Shown here one piece after another: positions 51,242 through 64,000 of a DNA stretch of 64,000 nt. Source of the DNA: Dimorphilus gyrociliatus. Taxonomy: Eukaryota > Animalia > Annelida. The notes beneath the pieces are model-generated. The model searched no databases, was not told the origin of the DNA, and saw only the letters and a program-made list of their open reading frames with translations. The DNA is taken from contig CAJFCJ010000008.1 of the NCBI GenBank assembly GCA_904063045.1, forward strand, positions 1,488,001 through 1,552,000, read 5' to 3'. The position numbers and the translations under genes are program-made. Each line of letters opens with the position of its first letter. Positions within the stretch are counted from its first letter, which is position 1.

Positions 51242-54200
51242 ATGGCTGCTAAGCAGGTAAAAGATATCGATTATTCGGAATATAACGAGGAGGATGTGAG
51301 TGAAAATATGGTACGTGTGTTAAATTGTTAATTTTTCTTACCAAAATAGCTAAGCTACTAGTATTATTTAAAAATTTAGAATCTTTCTATACTCTTAGTT
51401 GTGTCTGGTAGCTAGTTTTATTCTTAAGCCAATATCGTAATTTTTACCTTCAGGCAAGGTGTTATGATTTAATCAGGCACAATTTCCATTTAACCATTTG
51501 ATAGACGAGAGGAAAGCAGTAGATTTGTGTCGCAAGAATCAATAATAGACAACTTCCAATCTACCATCACTGTTTTTTTCTATTTTTCTCAATGTTTTTT
51601 AGAAGGAAAATGCAAGTAGACGTCCAACTGGAAGTCACACTAGCGGGTCAGTAACTGCTAGGCTTATAGCATCATTATGCGGTCCAGGAGGTAAGTTATA
51701 TTGGAAGGAAATTTGCTACTTTCTTAGGCCTAATATTAGTTTGTTAATACATCACGCCTGATAGACGACGACATTTTGCCCGCAGATTGAATGCAATTTT
51801 GTCTAGATTGTGCCTGTCTTATCTAGCGTAACTGTCAGACTATAGGCTTAATTGATTGTTGTAAAAAAGTCTATAGGATGAAATCGTGCGAAAACTTAAC
51901 CATAAGTTCCCATGATATTAAAAGTGATACTCTTAAATAAGTTGACAAATACTTCTAACTTTTGGCTATTTGTTATCATCACTCCAGAAGGAAAGGTATA
52001 ACAGATTTTCCTTTGGTACTTGATGGAGAACTGTTAAGTACACACTATTTTCATAACCTTAGCAACAGTGTACATAAACTGAACAATAAACCATATTTAA
52101 ATATAGTCACTATTTATATATCCCATTCATATATGCATCCAGTCATCTATTCAAAAATTACATATTGTCCTTTAAACTTTTTAACATTTTTAACAAACTA
52201 TGTTTCGAAACTTATTACCCTAATGGTAAAATACATTACGGCCGGTAGAGAATAGGAAACAGAAAAAAAGAATAAATGTAGGATAAAACCCTGCATTTTC
52301 CTCGATTTCTCTCTCTCTCTTCTCTACTTGAACGATTATTGATAATCAATTTTTATTTAAGTATATCATCCTATAATAAGGTATTTTTATAGTATAGACT
52401 AGCTAAAAAGATAACTTAGAAAATGTAGGAAAAAAACAAGGACGAGTCGTGTTTGTTAAATTGATATCATGTTAACGTTTATTTTAGTTAGTTGAAGGAT
52501 TTAGAGGGAGTATAAAGTATAATCTATGCTAGAGAAATACATATTTCTTTTTTATAAAAATGTTTATATCTGTGTCGTATGCGGTCCATTTTTTACATCT
52601 GTGACTAATTCGGGGATTAATCTGATTTTTGTTCGCGTCTTATAAATTTGGCTTTGTAAGGCGAAGACACTACCACTCCCATGAAAAGGAACTTTCTTGC
52701 ATCGTATTCCGGTAATTTATTTTCCTTTTCGGGTTCTACTTTATAATTTTGTATAATGCCTGTTATAAATAGAAACAGTCGATTCTTAGCCATTGGTTTT
52801 GCTAAACAAATTCTCCTTCCAGCTCCGAAAGGTAGAAGGCTGTTTGTTTTTAAAAAAAATGAGTAGCAAATCTATTTACTAGTAGAGTATCTCAAATTCT
52901 TACTGCTTCCTCAAGTAATGACCGGTGTCTACTACTTTTCCTTCTTCATTTAAAAATCGCTCGGGTCGGAAATTCCAGGGATCGCCCCAAATTTCTTCAT
53001 CATGATGGAGACCCCAAATATTGGGCCATATCTACTTGACAAAAATTTAAAAGTGTATGGTTAGCATATTATATAATAAACCTGTGTGCCTTTTTTAAGC
53101 TGATAGCCGTCTAAATCCATGTCACGGTCAGTTTCGTGAGGTAAGGCGAATGGTACGACAGTTGTGTATCTGAGTAATTCTAAAACACAAGCTTCCGAAT
53201 ACGGCATATTTTTTTTATCTTCAAGACAAGGCATTCTAGAATGTCCGACAGCTTCACTAACTTCTTGAAAAATCCTTTTCTCTATTTGAGGGTGATTAAG
53301 CAGTATTGGCAAAAAATTATACATTGAAGACGATGTCGTGGAAAATCCTGTATCGTATTTGTTTAGCTATAAATTTTGTATATTGTTATAATGGATCCTT
53401 ACCAGCTAAAATTATTGATTGAAGTGTCTTACAGAAGGAAGCCCGGCTATATTGAAAAGACGATTTCATTAATTGAGAATACATACTATCTATTGCACCA
53501 GAAATCTCATCCTTGTTTTTTTCATCTTGATTCATTAGCTAGAGAAGCGATAATAAATTACAAACTAAACAAAAACTGAGGGAGAGCAAGGAGCTAGAAC
53601 AAATAATTAAAGAACACTTACAAATCGCTGATCGATAACTTTATTCCAAAATGCGCAAACATTTCTTTCATAATCGCAAATTTTTTTATATGCTTTATAT
53701 CCGAAATATTTTAACCAAGGAAAAAGTTCCAAAAGCAGTGCCTTGGAGCCAAATGTAACTTCAACAAACTGTATACTCATTTTGGTTATTTGTGAAATCT
53801 CTTCTTCACTCAGCTCTTGATTTAAAAGCTGCGTAATATACATTTCTCTAATTTTAAAATATATTTTTTAAAAGGTGTATATTTACCATGGAATAGACTA
53901 TGTCTGCTAATAAGTATTGTATCTTGTCATTTATATCTACAGCCTTGCCATTAGCATTTGACAAATATGTAAAAAATTTATTTATAGATCTCATTGTCAA
54001 TGATTCCACTGTCTCCATTCCATCGCCATAGTGTTTAAAAGACTTTAAACAAATTTTTTTTAGCTCTCTAAACTTTTCATCGTCATTCATTGCAGTAATA
54101 CCGGGTTCTTTCTTATATAATATACCTAACCTGTTAGATAAATATCTCGAAGAAAATCCGTCTTGTTTCGTTACAAAGACCTCGTGAATTAATTTTAGCC

Positions 54201-57200
54201 CAGAAACCAAAACAATGTCTGAACCCATTAGGTTAAAACGACACAAGTTGCCGTATTTCCTGGCGTAATTTGCCAATTCTAGATGCATCTTCTCCTTTTT
54301 TATACTAAAAGCTATGCCGACGAGGGGTAAGCCCTTAGGTCCTGGTATTCTTTTACCACCTTTGAACTTTTCTAATAAAAAATAAGCCACCAAAAGACTA
54401 ATCAAAGATATAGTTAGCTTTATTGAAAGATCGATGGATAACCATTTCAAGAAGCTACAATTGAATATTGAAAAAAGTAGAATTAATTAGACGAAGTAAT
54501 ATTCATATAAGAAATCATAAAAGCTCACTCATTAAACACAATCATTTCGCACAATAATTGATGCACTGAAATTGTACAAGGTGTAAACCTTGTCCTAAAT
54601 ATCACTGAGAGTACATATATCAGATAAAGACTATTCAATACTACATCCTCATATGACTTTTAAATTATTCAAGCGTATCAATACGAAAATGCTAATCGGG
54701 GGCAAATTACAATTATGGTAATATCCCTGAAACCAAAAAAATAAAATATGCTATTTAAAATAGCAACGAAAATAGACGAATTAATATGCATATAGCAGAA
54801 ATACTTTGAAATTTTTTCGACATTAAAAGTAGGCTATAAATATTGATAAGTAGTTAATATGAACTATTCCTCTTGTTAATTTTTGTGAATATTGTCAATT
54901 ATTTGTCGCACATAAAAGTAGAACAAAGACTGAGAGAAAAGGGACGCACGTATACATTTGTCAATTATTCTTTTGCTACAAATGTTTCGCTTGTCGAGAT
55001 AATATATTTAAAAGTAGGTATTTCTCAAAGGAAAAGATCCCAAAAGCAAATTACTGAAATGTTTTTATTATTATAGCTAGTGACCATGACGATCATTTTC
55101 TAAGAAAATGGAAATAGAATATCACATTAAACTAACATACATGCATATAATAATAACTATTATAAATAAGCGTGTTTACCTAAAAAGTATACATCATAGA
55201 ATATATTTGCTATTGTGGCTGAAAACCCTAATAACTCAGGATTATTTGTTAGCTGCATTATAAAAAAATGTTGTAAAAAGGTGAATAGGTATTAATTAAA
55301 AAATGTTTAACTTTTAATAGCACTCGAACAAGCATGCCAGACTGCAAGTAAAAAATGCTGGACTGCCTGCTGTGACTGGAAATCGTCGCCTCCGCCTAAA
55401 ATCGATAAACGACAGATAGTAGTTTGCACTCAACCCTTAAAAAGATCAGACTCTGAGAATAGTTTAGCCGTATCTTCGCCAAGAGATAAAGATCGTCGGG
55501 GTTCTAGTTCATCTCATGGTAGCGATGCCACACTTAACTCATTTTCCTATAGGCGCTCATCAGTAACACCAGTTATTGACATGAAACCTATAGAATTTTG
55601 GGCCAATAGAGAGACAGTACAACCTCGTACACCTAGAAGGGGTAGACTACCAAGCGAACCTGAGTTTTCCATCGATAGCATCAAGCCAGATTTATACGAA
55701 GTGAAGGAAGAGGTTAAAAAGGTCCAACCAGATTTAGGGGAAGTTCATGTAAGCCTGCAGTATGAAGTTCCTGCAAATGCCTTAGTTGTTAGAATAATAG
55801 AGGCTAGACATTTGCCTTTACCTGCGTCTATGGACAGAGCTGATCAAGCTCATAGTAATCCATATGCAAAACTATACGTTCTACCAGATACGAAAAATGC
55901 ACAACAGACTGGAGTTCAAAGAAAAACCCAAGATCCAAAATGGGGCGATACATTTACTTTTGAAATGTCATTTCAGGATGCTCAAAAGGGAACTCTGCAT
56001 ATATCTGTTAGAGATTTTGATAAGTTTTCGAGACATTGCGTAATTGGTCATGTAAATCTGCCCTTGGATTCAATGAATTTGCTTAAGGGTGGCCATTTGT
56101 GGAAAGCTTTGATTCCAAGCCATTTGGTAAGCTTATTTCTTTAATATATTAGTATAATATTTTTGCAGGCTCCAGTAATAAAAACATGAAGTTTCTACAA
56201 ATCGGTGTAGAAATAAAATTACTCTTAGCAGTTGTTGGGAATTATCATTAGAAAGGCTATAAAAATAGCTACAAAGGAATAAAAAGAGGTAAGGGAAGAG
56301 ATAGTATAAGGGAAAAGAGCAAGCTAGTGATGGAGAAAAGGTAGTGAATATAAAAAAATATGTTTTTTTAAAAGAGCAAAATATTAAAGAACAAATCAAA
56401 GATTTTTTAAAAGTTCTTCAAGCAGCCAAATTAAAAAGTATTTGATTAAGAAAAAGTTACGTCTTTTAACCTAAAAGATACTAAATTTTGTAGTTCCCGT
56501 TACCTAAACCTATATTGTTAAATGTGTACTTTTTATTACTTTGCAAAACCTCTAGGCTTCGTGGCCATATATCAATTGACGAGGGGAAAACAATTAACGA
56601 ATAACAAAGTACTTCCGTTCCCTGGTGATTAACTGTGATAAAAAGACATCTTGGCTTAATTCAAAATTTCTTACTGAAGTGTCACATATATTATACATAC
56701 AAATGAGAGTACTACACAAATGAATATATATAGTATACATACTTATAGACTACAGTTTATTTATATAAGTTCAGAGTATCCCTTGCTATTTAATAAATAC
56801 TGCATAATGAAATTATTTCAGATCATCTTATATCCAAATAATAAATTTACATGCAATTCATCTAATAATAATTCATTGAATATATTTATCTTTTAACAAA
56901 AGCATAAATGAATCATATTTGTCTCAACTATAACTATACAATATAATTGAAATTACTTTTTTGCTTTTATTTAACTACTAAAAATTTCTTTTTAATAAAG
57001 TTAGAAAGGAGAGTATTGAATTTATACAGTTAAGGAATGAAACAGAAAGAGAGAACGCTGTGCTGTTCTAGTAATAGGAAACCTAAGAGTTCTCTCTAGT
57101 TCTTATACCTCCATCGCAGCATCATTTTAAATTATATATAAAAAGAAAAGCAATATAAAGTGTTCAGTGTTACTTTTGCTACACATGTGAGAATTCAGTT

Positions 57201-57887
57201 AACTGATGCCTATATTTATACAGTATATATACAGTATATAAATTTATACAGTGTATACTAATATATATACATATTACACACACGTAAATTTTACTGTATA
57301 TATATACAGTAAATATATATATATTATACTTGAATACCCCTTTAAAACTGATTTTCGTCATTATTTCCGATAAATTAATTATTAATTATGAATAATTCTT
57401 GATTTATCAGGATAAACCGGACATTGGGGAGCTATTACTCTCATTGTTATATATTCCAAGTGCTGGTAGATTGAGCATCGACGTTATAAAGGCCAAACAA
57501 CTTCTACAGACGGATTTAGTTGGTGGATCGGATCCTTTTGTAAAAATTACTTTGCTTAATCATGAAAAACCAGTAAAAACCAAAAAAACATCTATGATAA
57601 AGAATACGATAGATCCAGTTTTTAACGAGAATATTACATTTACAGTCGGACCGGAATCAATAGACTCAACGAGCCTAGTGATTACAGTATGGGATTATAA
57701 TAGTAAAAGTAAGGATGATTTGGTTGGTAGAATTGTAATTGGAAAACATTCAAATAGTGGAAGAGCTGAAGGAGCTCATTGGAATAAGATGATGCAATGT
57801 CAAAGGCAACCTGTGGCCCAATGGCATTCCCTACATCCTAAGGAGATCTGCGATCGATCTGCTCCAATCTCAGCAACTATTTTATGA
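51242..57887 (+). CDS. SYT17: Synaptotagmin-17 (B/K) orthologue (479 aa). Exons 51242-51310, 51603-51690, 55321-56126, 57411-57887
   Basis: No TM; N-terminal Cys cluster; VIDMKPIEF; C2[30 protein letters not shown]; C2[21 protein letters not shown]. The phase-1 end of exon 2 fits exon 3. Confidence 0.92.
52617..54545 (-). CDS. Microsomal cytochrome P450, clan 2 (CYP17/CYP1-like), nested in SYT17 intron 2 (514 aa). Exons 54545-54529, 54454-53887, 53828-53622, 53538-53403, 53347-53082, 53031-52904, 52839-52617
   Basis: TM anchor + [11 protein letters not shown]-helix AGFSTT, ELLR, FRPERF, heme [11 protein letters not shown]. All phases match. Confidence 0.92.
57211..57320. repeat. TA-rich tract with four TACAGTA/TACTGTA units, including a perfect 24-bp palindrome
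   Basis: Units at 57219, 57230, 57292, 57305; tttactgtatatatatacagtaaa at 57290-57313 is self-complementary. Confidence 0.8.
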
Positions 57888-60659
57888 GAAAAAACAAAAC
57901 TGCTTATAACTTTAATTGTTGTATATAAATACTAAAAGAAAAGAAGATAGTTTGTCAGTTAGAATGAAAGAAAGAAAGAAATGAGTACCATAAGATGGAG
58001 AAGAACCAGTTTTACATATGATTATTTACTTTGTCGTCTAAGTGAACTTTAAAATACTTATGTAAATTTCACTTGACGTGCCTGTATAATGAACCCAAGT
58101 GGATATGATAACATAAAGTTTATATATATATTGTATAATTGGTTAATAAATGTTTTGTCAACACAATAGACAAGTGAAAACCACTTGGCAATTAGTGTGG
58201 TTTTGAAGATTTAATTGTGAAAAAAGAAGCAAAATTGAGTTAAAATAATTTCTATGTTTGATTATTATAATTTAAAAAATTTTCTGTTTATGTCCTGTTA
58301 TATATTATGTTATAAATTGATAAATGAGTTAATTAACTTCGAATATGGAACCTGCAGGAACACTTCTGAAACAAGAAAATATTGAGTTTTTTCTTCTCTT
58401 TGCACAATTATTATTAAAAATGTAATTTACAGATATGAATGTTCCCCAATACGTATTTGTCAAATTTCAATGTTCAAATGATAGATAATGAAAAAGATGT
58501 TTATCTAAATCGATGTTTTATCTGTTCGTTATAAAGTTTCCTATAATATACCTATGTCACGAAAACTGATAATGAAAACGGACTATTGTATCAGACAAGG
58601 CAATTCGCTGTTGCATATAAATTTGTTTCTATAGTAACAAACTTAATTAGACACCTTATCTGCTTGATGACTCTTAGTTTTAGCAAGTATTATAGTACGA
58701 TAAGGGGTTTCTCGTTTCTCTCTCCCTCGCTCTACCACTTTTTTTCAGAGTCTTCCTTCTCCACATTCTGAAGAAAATTCGTTTCACACTTCTGAACTCT
58801 CTTTAAAAATTACTGTACGTCTTAGAATAAGTTCCTATAGTAATAATGAGAAAAAACCCATTATTACCTTATATATTATTTAATTTTAATGAATAAATAT
58901 ATACTGTATAATAAAAAGAAAAGAGAATGCAAGATATGATTTTTCTTATCTACTTTTCCCGCTATTATAAGTTTGCGTGAAAGTGCAATCCCTTTCCTTC
59001 TTCTCTTGATTATTCTCTGTGTTAATTAAGGAGATTATATTTTTTATCCAGTTTAAATACTTTATAAAAGGAATAATAATAAGATATTAGATGTTACGCA
59101 CTCGTTAAATTTTTAAAATAAAATCACTAGATAGCCATTCAAACCAATAATTCTTAATAAATAATTTATTAGATTAAATAGTGCATTGTTTTAATATTGA
59201 ACCCTTACAAGTATTTCTAAAAAAAGTGACAAAGGCGCCATCTTTTGGTTTTTTTCTGTTTAAAATTCTACGCATTCAAAAAACAGATGTTAAAACTTAT
59301 AGTTTTTTTGTTAGCAATAAACTGCTAATTATAATAAAGATGAATATTTTTTTCCTTCAGCTGTATTTTAAGAAGTTGTGTTTTCTTTCTTAATCAAAGT
59401 AAAATATTACTATTGAACTACTATTGATTAGTGTAGGAAAATATCGATTTATTTATAGTATTAATTATTGAAGACAGTGAATCAATAATAACTGGTACGA
59501 CAAAATTGAACTTTATGTAAATGTTAGCAAAAACAAAGAAGGGAAACAATAGATTATTTTCGCTTAGAGCTGACATCTTAAACGATAAAAGAAGAGAGTT
59601 TATACATGCATATGTGTGTGATAGAGGGAGAGAGACATAGAGAAGGTAGAAAATGACTGTCATTCAATGATTATTAACAAAAAAGTGTCTTTATTTTCTC
59701 TAAAAAGAAAACTTAATTCCTGCTATTCATACTTCTTTTGTCCTCTAATTTTTCATTTCTTCTTAAATTCTTTTTTTTTAAATGCCTAGTTTAAAAACTA
59801 AATTGATATTTCATAGTATATTGTATTGAAATGTGCATACATTTTATATACTCTATATGTAGTGACAATGTTCTTTGCTGCTTTTGATCATATATGAGCT
59901 TAGTTTCTTAAGTAATATTTTAACAAAATTTTCTTTCTCTTGGATAAATTTACTTAAAAATCTTATAGAAGCTAATCTTTAATGTAAATTATATGTCTAT
60001 TTGGACAATTAACAAATATTGCATTATACTAATAGCAATTAGTCAGTGTCATTGTTTGTCTGAAATAGAGAGGGTAAAAGCCCCAAAAGATCTTTACAAA
60101 AACAAATAAAGTATGATATTTAAGAGATTAAAACAGTCGATTACTAAGAAGCCGAAAAGGATAAATGAATTAGCAATACATTAGAAGTAATAAAAGAGAG
60201 AATATATGAAAGAGAGTGGGTGACAATATCATGAAATGAATAATATTTTCTTCCGTTAGAACTAAACTGATGAATAAAAGATAAACTATAAAGCGGGAAA
60301 TTATAATTATAGAAATGTATGGATTAATTTACTGGAACATTTTTAGAACACAACTTAGAGTATATTACCAAGTGTTAATTAAGACCGTGGATCTGGTGAA
60401 ATCTCTCAATAATTAACTTGAAAGTTACAATGGCCTTGCAATGATTTTATACTTTTCCAGTACACATGGCGATATACATGCTAATTAAGTGAGCAAAATA
60501 TAATGAAATATATTGAAAATAATATAGTAAAAGCATGTACTGTATCATATTTCAGTAAATACCATATGTCACTTTACTAAGATTAATACTTAAGTAACAT
60601 TTCAGATGCATAACTCAATTCAAATTCAAAATTAAATTATCTAAGTTTTGTTTAGTATC

Positions 60660-61804
60660 TTAGTTTTTTAACGTATATTTTATTTTCATAGTTGCCGATG
60701 TATAGCTGTTGTAGGAAATTTTAATTTCATCTCCGATTAACGTATCGCATTTGCGGTCAAATTCTCCATGCCAGAAGTATCCATTGTAACAATATCCATA
60801 TGAGAGTGTGTAGTCAACAAATTTATATCCAGCTTTAATGGGACCGTCACCCACACCACCTATCTCATACTGGGTTTTAGAGTTACCGATTGAAAAGTTG
60901 TCCACTACGTAGGTTTTCACTTCACCATTTGTGTCGGTTACAGTTGTGAAAAGAGTTGCTTTATAAAGGGAATTGGACATAGTGAGTTGACTCATTTTTT
61001 CTAAACCTAACCAAAAATCTTTTTCCAAATTTCCGAAACCATCCACATAATTTGTATACGTTTTACTCCAAAAATAACTATTTGTATTTTTGGTTCTTCT
61101 CATGAAGACAGTCCAAGATGCTAATTTATCAGATAAATCACAATATACCAATATCTTATCCATTATTTCAACTTGATATAGACTTTTTAACTCCGTTTTA
61201 ACATGTTTATTATCTAGCAAAATAATTAAAAAGAAAATTTTAAAGATCTCCTACAATAATGAGCAAATAAACAATATTTTACCTTTTATTTTCGTTTTTA
61301 CTAAAAAGCCAGCGGATTTTATTGGAGCTATTTCATAAATACCGCTTTTGGTATTCTTAGTCTTACTAACATCTTGACAATCTGTCAATATTTTTTTGCA
61401 ATTGTAATAGTTTATTTATATACTATTAAAAACTTTTTTTTAAATTACAATGTACTAACTAGCATATAGAATATGAAATTTTCCGTTCTTTGCGCAAGTA
61501 CTGTTACAGTCGAAGGAAAGTTGAGGTTTATTTAGATTTGGTACTGTTTTTATTAAATCAGTGACCTCCTTCTCTAAATCTTTTATGGTTTTTGTCAAAT
61601 TTTCATATTTCTGAATACTTTTTTTAATGAGAAAAAGTTTGTTTCAAGAAACAGAAAACAAATATGGTTTACTTACAAATTATCTGAGCACTTCTTGATA
61701 AGATTTCTTTTGGGAAAGATAAAACTATAGGTGCATGTTTCTGTAGAATAAACACCTTCTTTAACGAAAATTATTAAAAATGTAATTATCAAAATTTTAT
61801 ACAT
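60660..61804 (-). CDS. Secreted angiopoietin-like/fibrinogen-related (FReD) protein (312 aa). Exons 61804-61677, 61617-61460, 61381-61283, 61213-60660
   Basis: Signal peptide, CTYSFIFP, short coiled coil, DCQD..SGIYEI, VYCD, WTVFMRR, YVDGFGNLEKDFWLGLEKM. Exon 2 needs a purine-rich AAG acceptor. Confidence 0.85.
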
Positions 61805-63715
61805 GACTTTCCAATGTCAACTATATCTTTTAAAGCTAATAACTAACATTGAAATTGTAATTGAATAAGAAATTATACTATTATTTCTACTTATTGGATA
61901 TCACCTTACTCTTTAAATATGAAAACTAATTGATATTTGACAAAGGCACTCGGCGATATTGAATTATGATCGAGAATTTCTAAGTATTTAATTATAATTA
62001 ACACGCTGATATTTAAAACATTTATGAGAATATTTCCTGAAAGTCACCTTCTTTTACTGGCAAGGAGATTTTTTAAAAATCTTCTTAGAAAAATTATTCA
62101 TATATTGGAATTTTACGCTAAATCTTAAGGATTATAAGTTAATCTAGTTTTATTCTGATTACAACAAAAGAGATAAACCTTGGTGATCTATTGAACCGTC
62201 AGTTTTTGAGGAATGAAGCTTAATCTGTTTATAAGATATAACCTATTTTTAGAGCTTGCTTATCAGTTGTTTAGAGGATGATAATCCATAGAATCACTTA
62301 CTCTAAAATACCAATATGAGTATAATGTATATTGAAAATAAAAGATAATGTGGTTTTTATGTTATATACAGTACACATATAAAAATTATCTTGTATATAA
62401 ATATATACTGTATATTAGTATATTAATTTATATACTATATATTATATTTGTATATAAATTTGTAGTTTTCGTATGAAGTATGTGGCTTATTACAAACTAA
62501 TACGATTGAAAGGCAGGAGAGAGTTACACTATACAATGTCTTAAATTAATGATCAGTAGCTCTTAGAAAGAAACAGATACTCATCACTCAATAAAATGTT
62601 AACCACAAATGTCCAACTTTCCGCTACATTAATTAGCCTACTTACTCTGAACTCAATAAACTACAAGACAAACGGAAAATTGTTGTATTTAAAATATGAG
62701 GGACATAAATACATGACAATTAGTATGAATGAGAGTGGATAGAGGTAAGCTAATAAAGGCAAATAAACTGAGTCGTCTAAGATGATTATCCCAAGAAACG
62801 ACTGACTGTGAACTCTACTAGAGAAACATGAAAAATCGCGTGAGACATAAAAAGAAAAGAATAACTATTTAATATATACAGTAGATTCATTGTATGAATA
62901 TGAGTATGAACAAATGTATGTGACATAGAATTTTTACTTTTTTATAAATTAGGAAAATGTCTTTATAAGAAAACGTGTTTCATCAAGTTAGTCATGTCTT
63001 TTTAATATGTTTGAATAATTATGCACGATAGAGATTGGTCATCATTAAGATACCCTAAACTCATTTAGCTTGATCCATTTCCTATGAGGGTTGAATTGAA
63101 AAATAACGTTGACTACTCATATGATAACACAAATATTATATATAAAATTTACTTTTCATGAAAAATTTCATATAGAAAAAAGGGAAGAACATGTTACAGC
63201 GTCATTAGAGTCAGTAATTTCTTTTATTTATCACGCAGTATTTGACATCGAAACAATAATTTATTCGTTTCTCACGTAAATTATATAGAAATCTGCTTCT
63301 TTCTTTCAAATTTTCCTTAATTAAAGAAATCTTTTTCAGGAAAAAGAGTCATATCTTAGTAAAAGAGATTTAGATGATTCTGGCAATTATAAACTTTGAA
63401 AATCTAAGGGAAAAGCCTAATACATGTCTTCAATTTAAAATAATAAGCTTTTCTTAGCATTTGTTTTCAACTTTCGTTTTATATGTATTCATATTTAATA
63501 TTTATTAATATATATATTCTGAAGTGTAAAGTAATACAGTGTCTACACTGCAGTTTCTGTCAATTTCTTAAGAATCAATCAAAGAGCCCAAGATGCTTTA
63601 TTTAAGCATAGTTGCAAGGTGTCTTTTTACGAGAGCTTTCAAACTTTTACCTCACGATAATTCTATATACATCAGTTTCAATATATCTTTAATAGAATAA
63701 AAATAAAACACTGAA

Positions 63716-63811
63716 AATTTCCCTAGAGCGCACTGTGAATGTTAAGACTTTTACATTTAAAATCCAGCATTCATTGTTAAGTTAACCTGCACTGTGCGCG
63801 TTAGGGAAATT
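63716..63811. repeat. 18-bp imperfect inverted repeat, 96 bp in total; MITE-like remnant
   Basis: aatttccctagagcgcac pairs with gtgcgcgttagggaaatt (2 mismatches); gcactgtg is also directly repeated inside. Confidence 0.45.
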
Positions 63812-64000
63812 ATCAGTCTGCTTTAACTTTGATGATCTTATCTCTTTTTTAATTGAAACTGGGAATTATGTTCAAAATTCTAACGTGTCTGGCTTCGATT
63901 TATATGATTTGTTATTTAGAGGCTTTTACTTTTCGAAGGAATTTTGAAAAAGGTCAGTTTCTTATTATTGTGAATTTTTCGCATTTAATTTTTTACAGCT

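Noticed and set aside
1-64000. CRISPR array, rRNA, intact transposase/RT, operons, TTG/GTG starts, stop-codon reassignment
   Set aside because: None seen. The DNA is intron-containing eukaryotic sequence. The TTG/GTG starts are exon-internal artefacts, and the in-frame stops co-occur with frameshifts and dead splice sites, indicating decay rather than recoding.

Overview
AT-rich, gene-dense eukaryotic (metazoan) DNA with short GT-AG introns, many of them 40-90 nt. The gene content and compactness suggest a lophotrochozoan such as a miniaturised annelid; this is inference and was not searched. The ORF track shows only exon fragments, so I rebuilt spliced models by hand and checked exon phases. 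Apparently intact genes, in order: Pim kinase (5' end not found), mitochondrial-clan CYP, SLC16/MCT transporter, an uncharacterised RDHSxG beta-barrel-type protein, a BK-beta/TipE-like 2-TM protein, RFX4/6-like factor, intronless SOCS, calmodulin-like protein, TRAP-like purple acid phosphatase, a 7-exon sulfotransferase-family gene the ORF track missed, a Cys-repeat + C-type lectin membrane protein, an orphan gene, synaptotagmin-17 with a clan-2 CYP nested antisense in its intron, and an angiopoietin/fibrinogen-like gene. Between about 26 and 50 kb there are several decayed genes: two CLCA pseudogenes, a death-domain-like gene and an iGluR/IR-like gene. Most notable: (1) two divergent CLCA copies both lack the HExxH protease core and VWA domain and resume at the same exon, suggesting a mini-CLCA architecture; (2) TA tracts are studded with TACAGTA/TACTGTA, the canonical Tc1/mariner excision footprint; (3) a membrane lectin with an unrecognised triple 4-Cys repeat. 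No rRNA, tRNA, CRISPR array or intact transposon was found.
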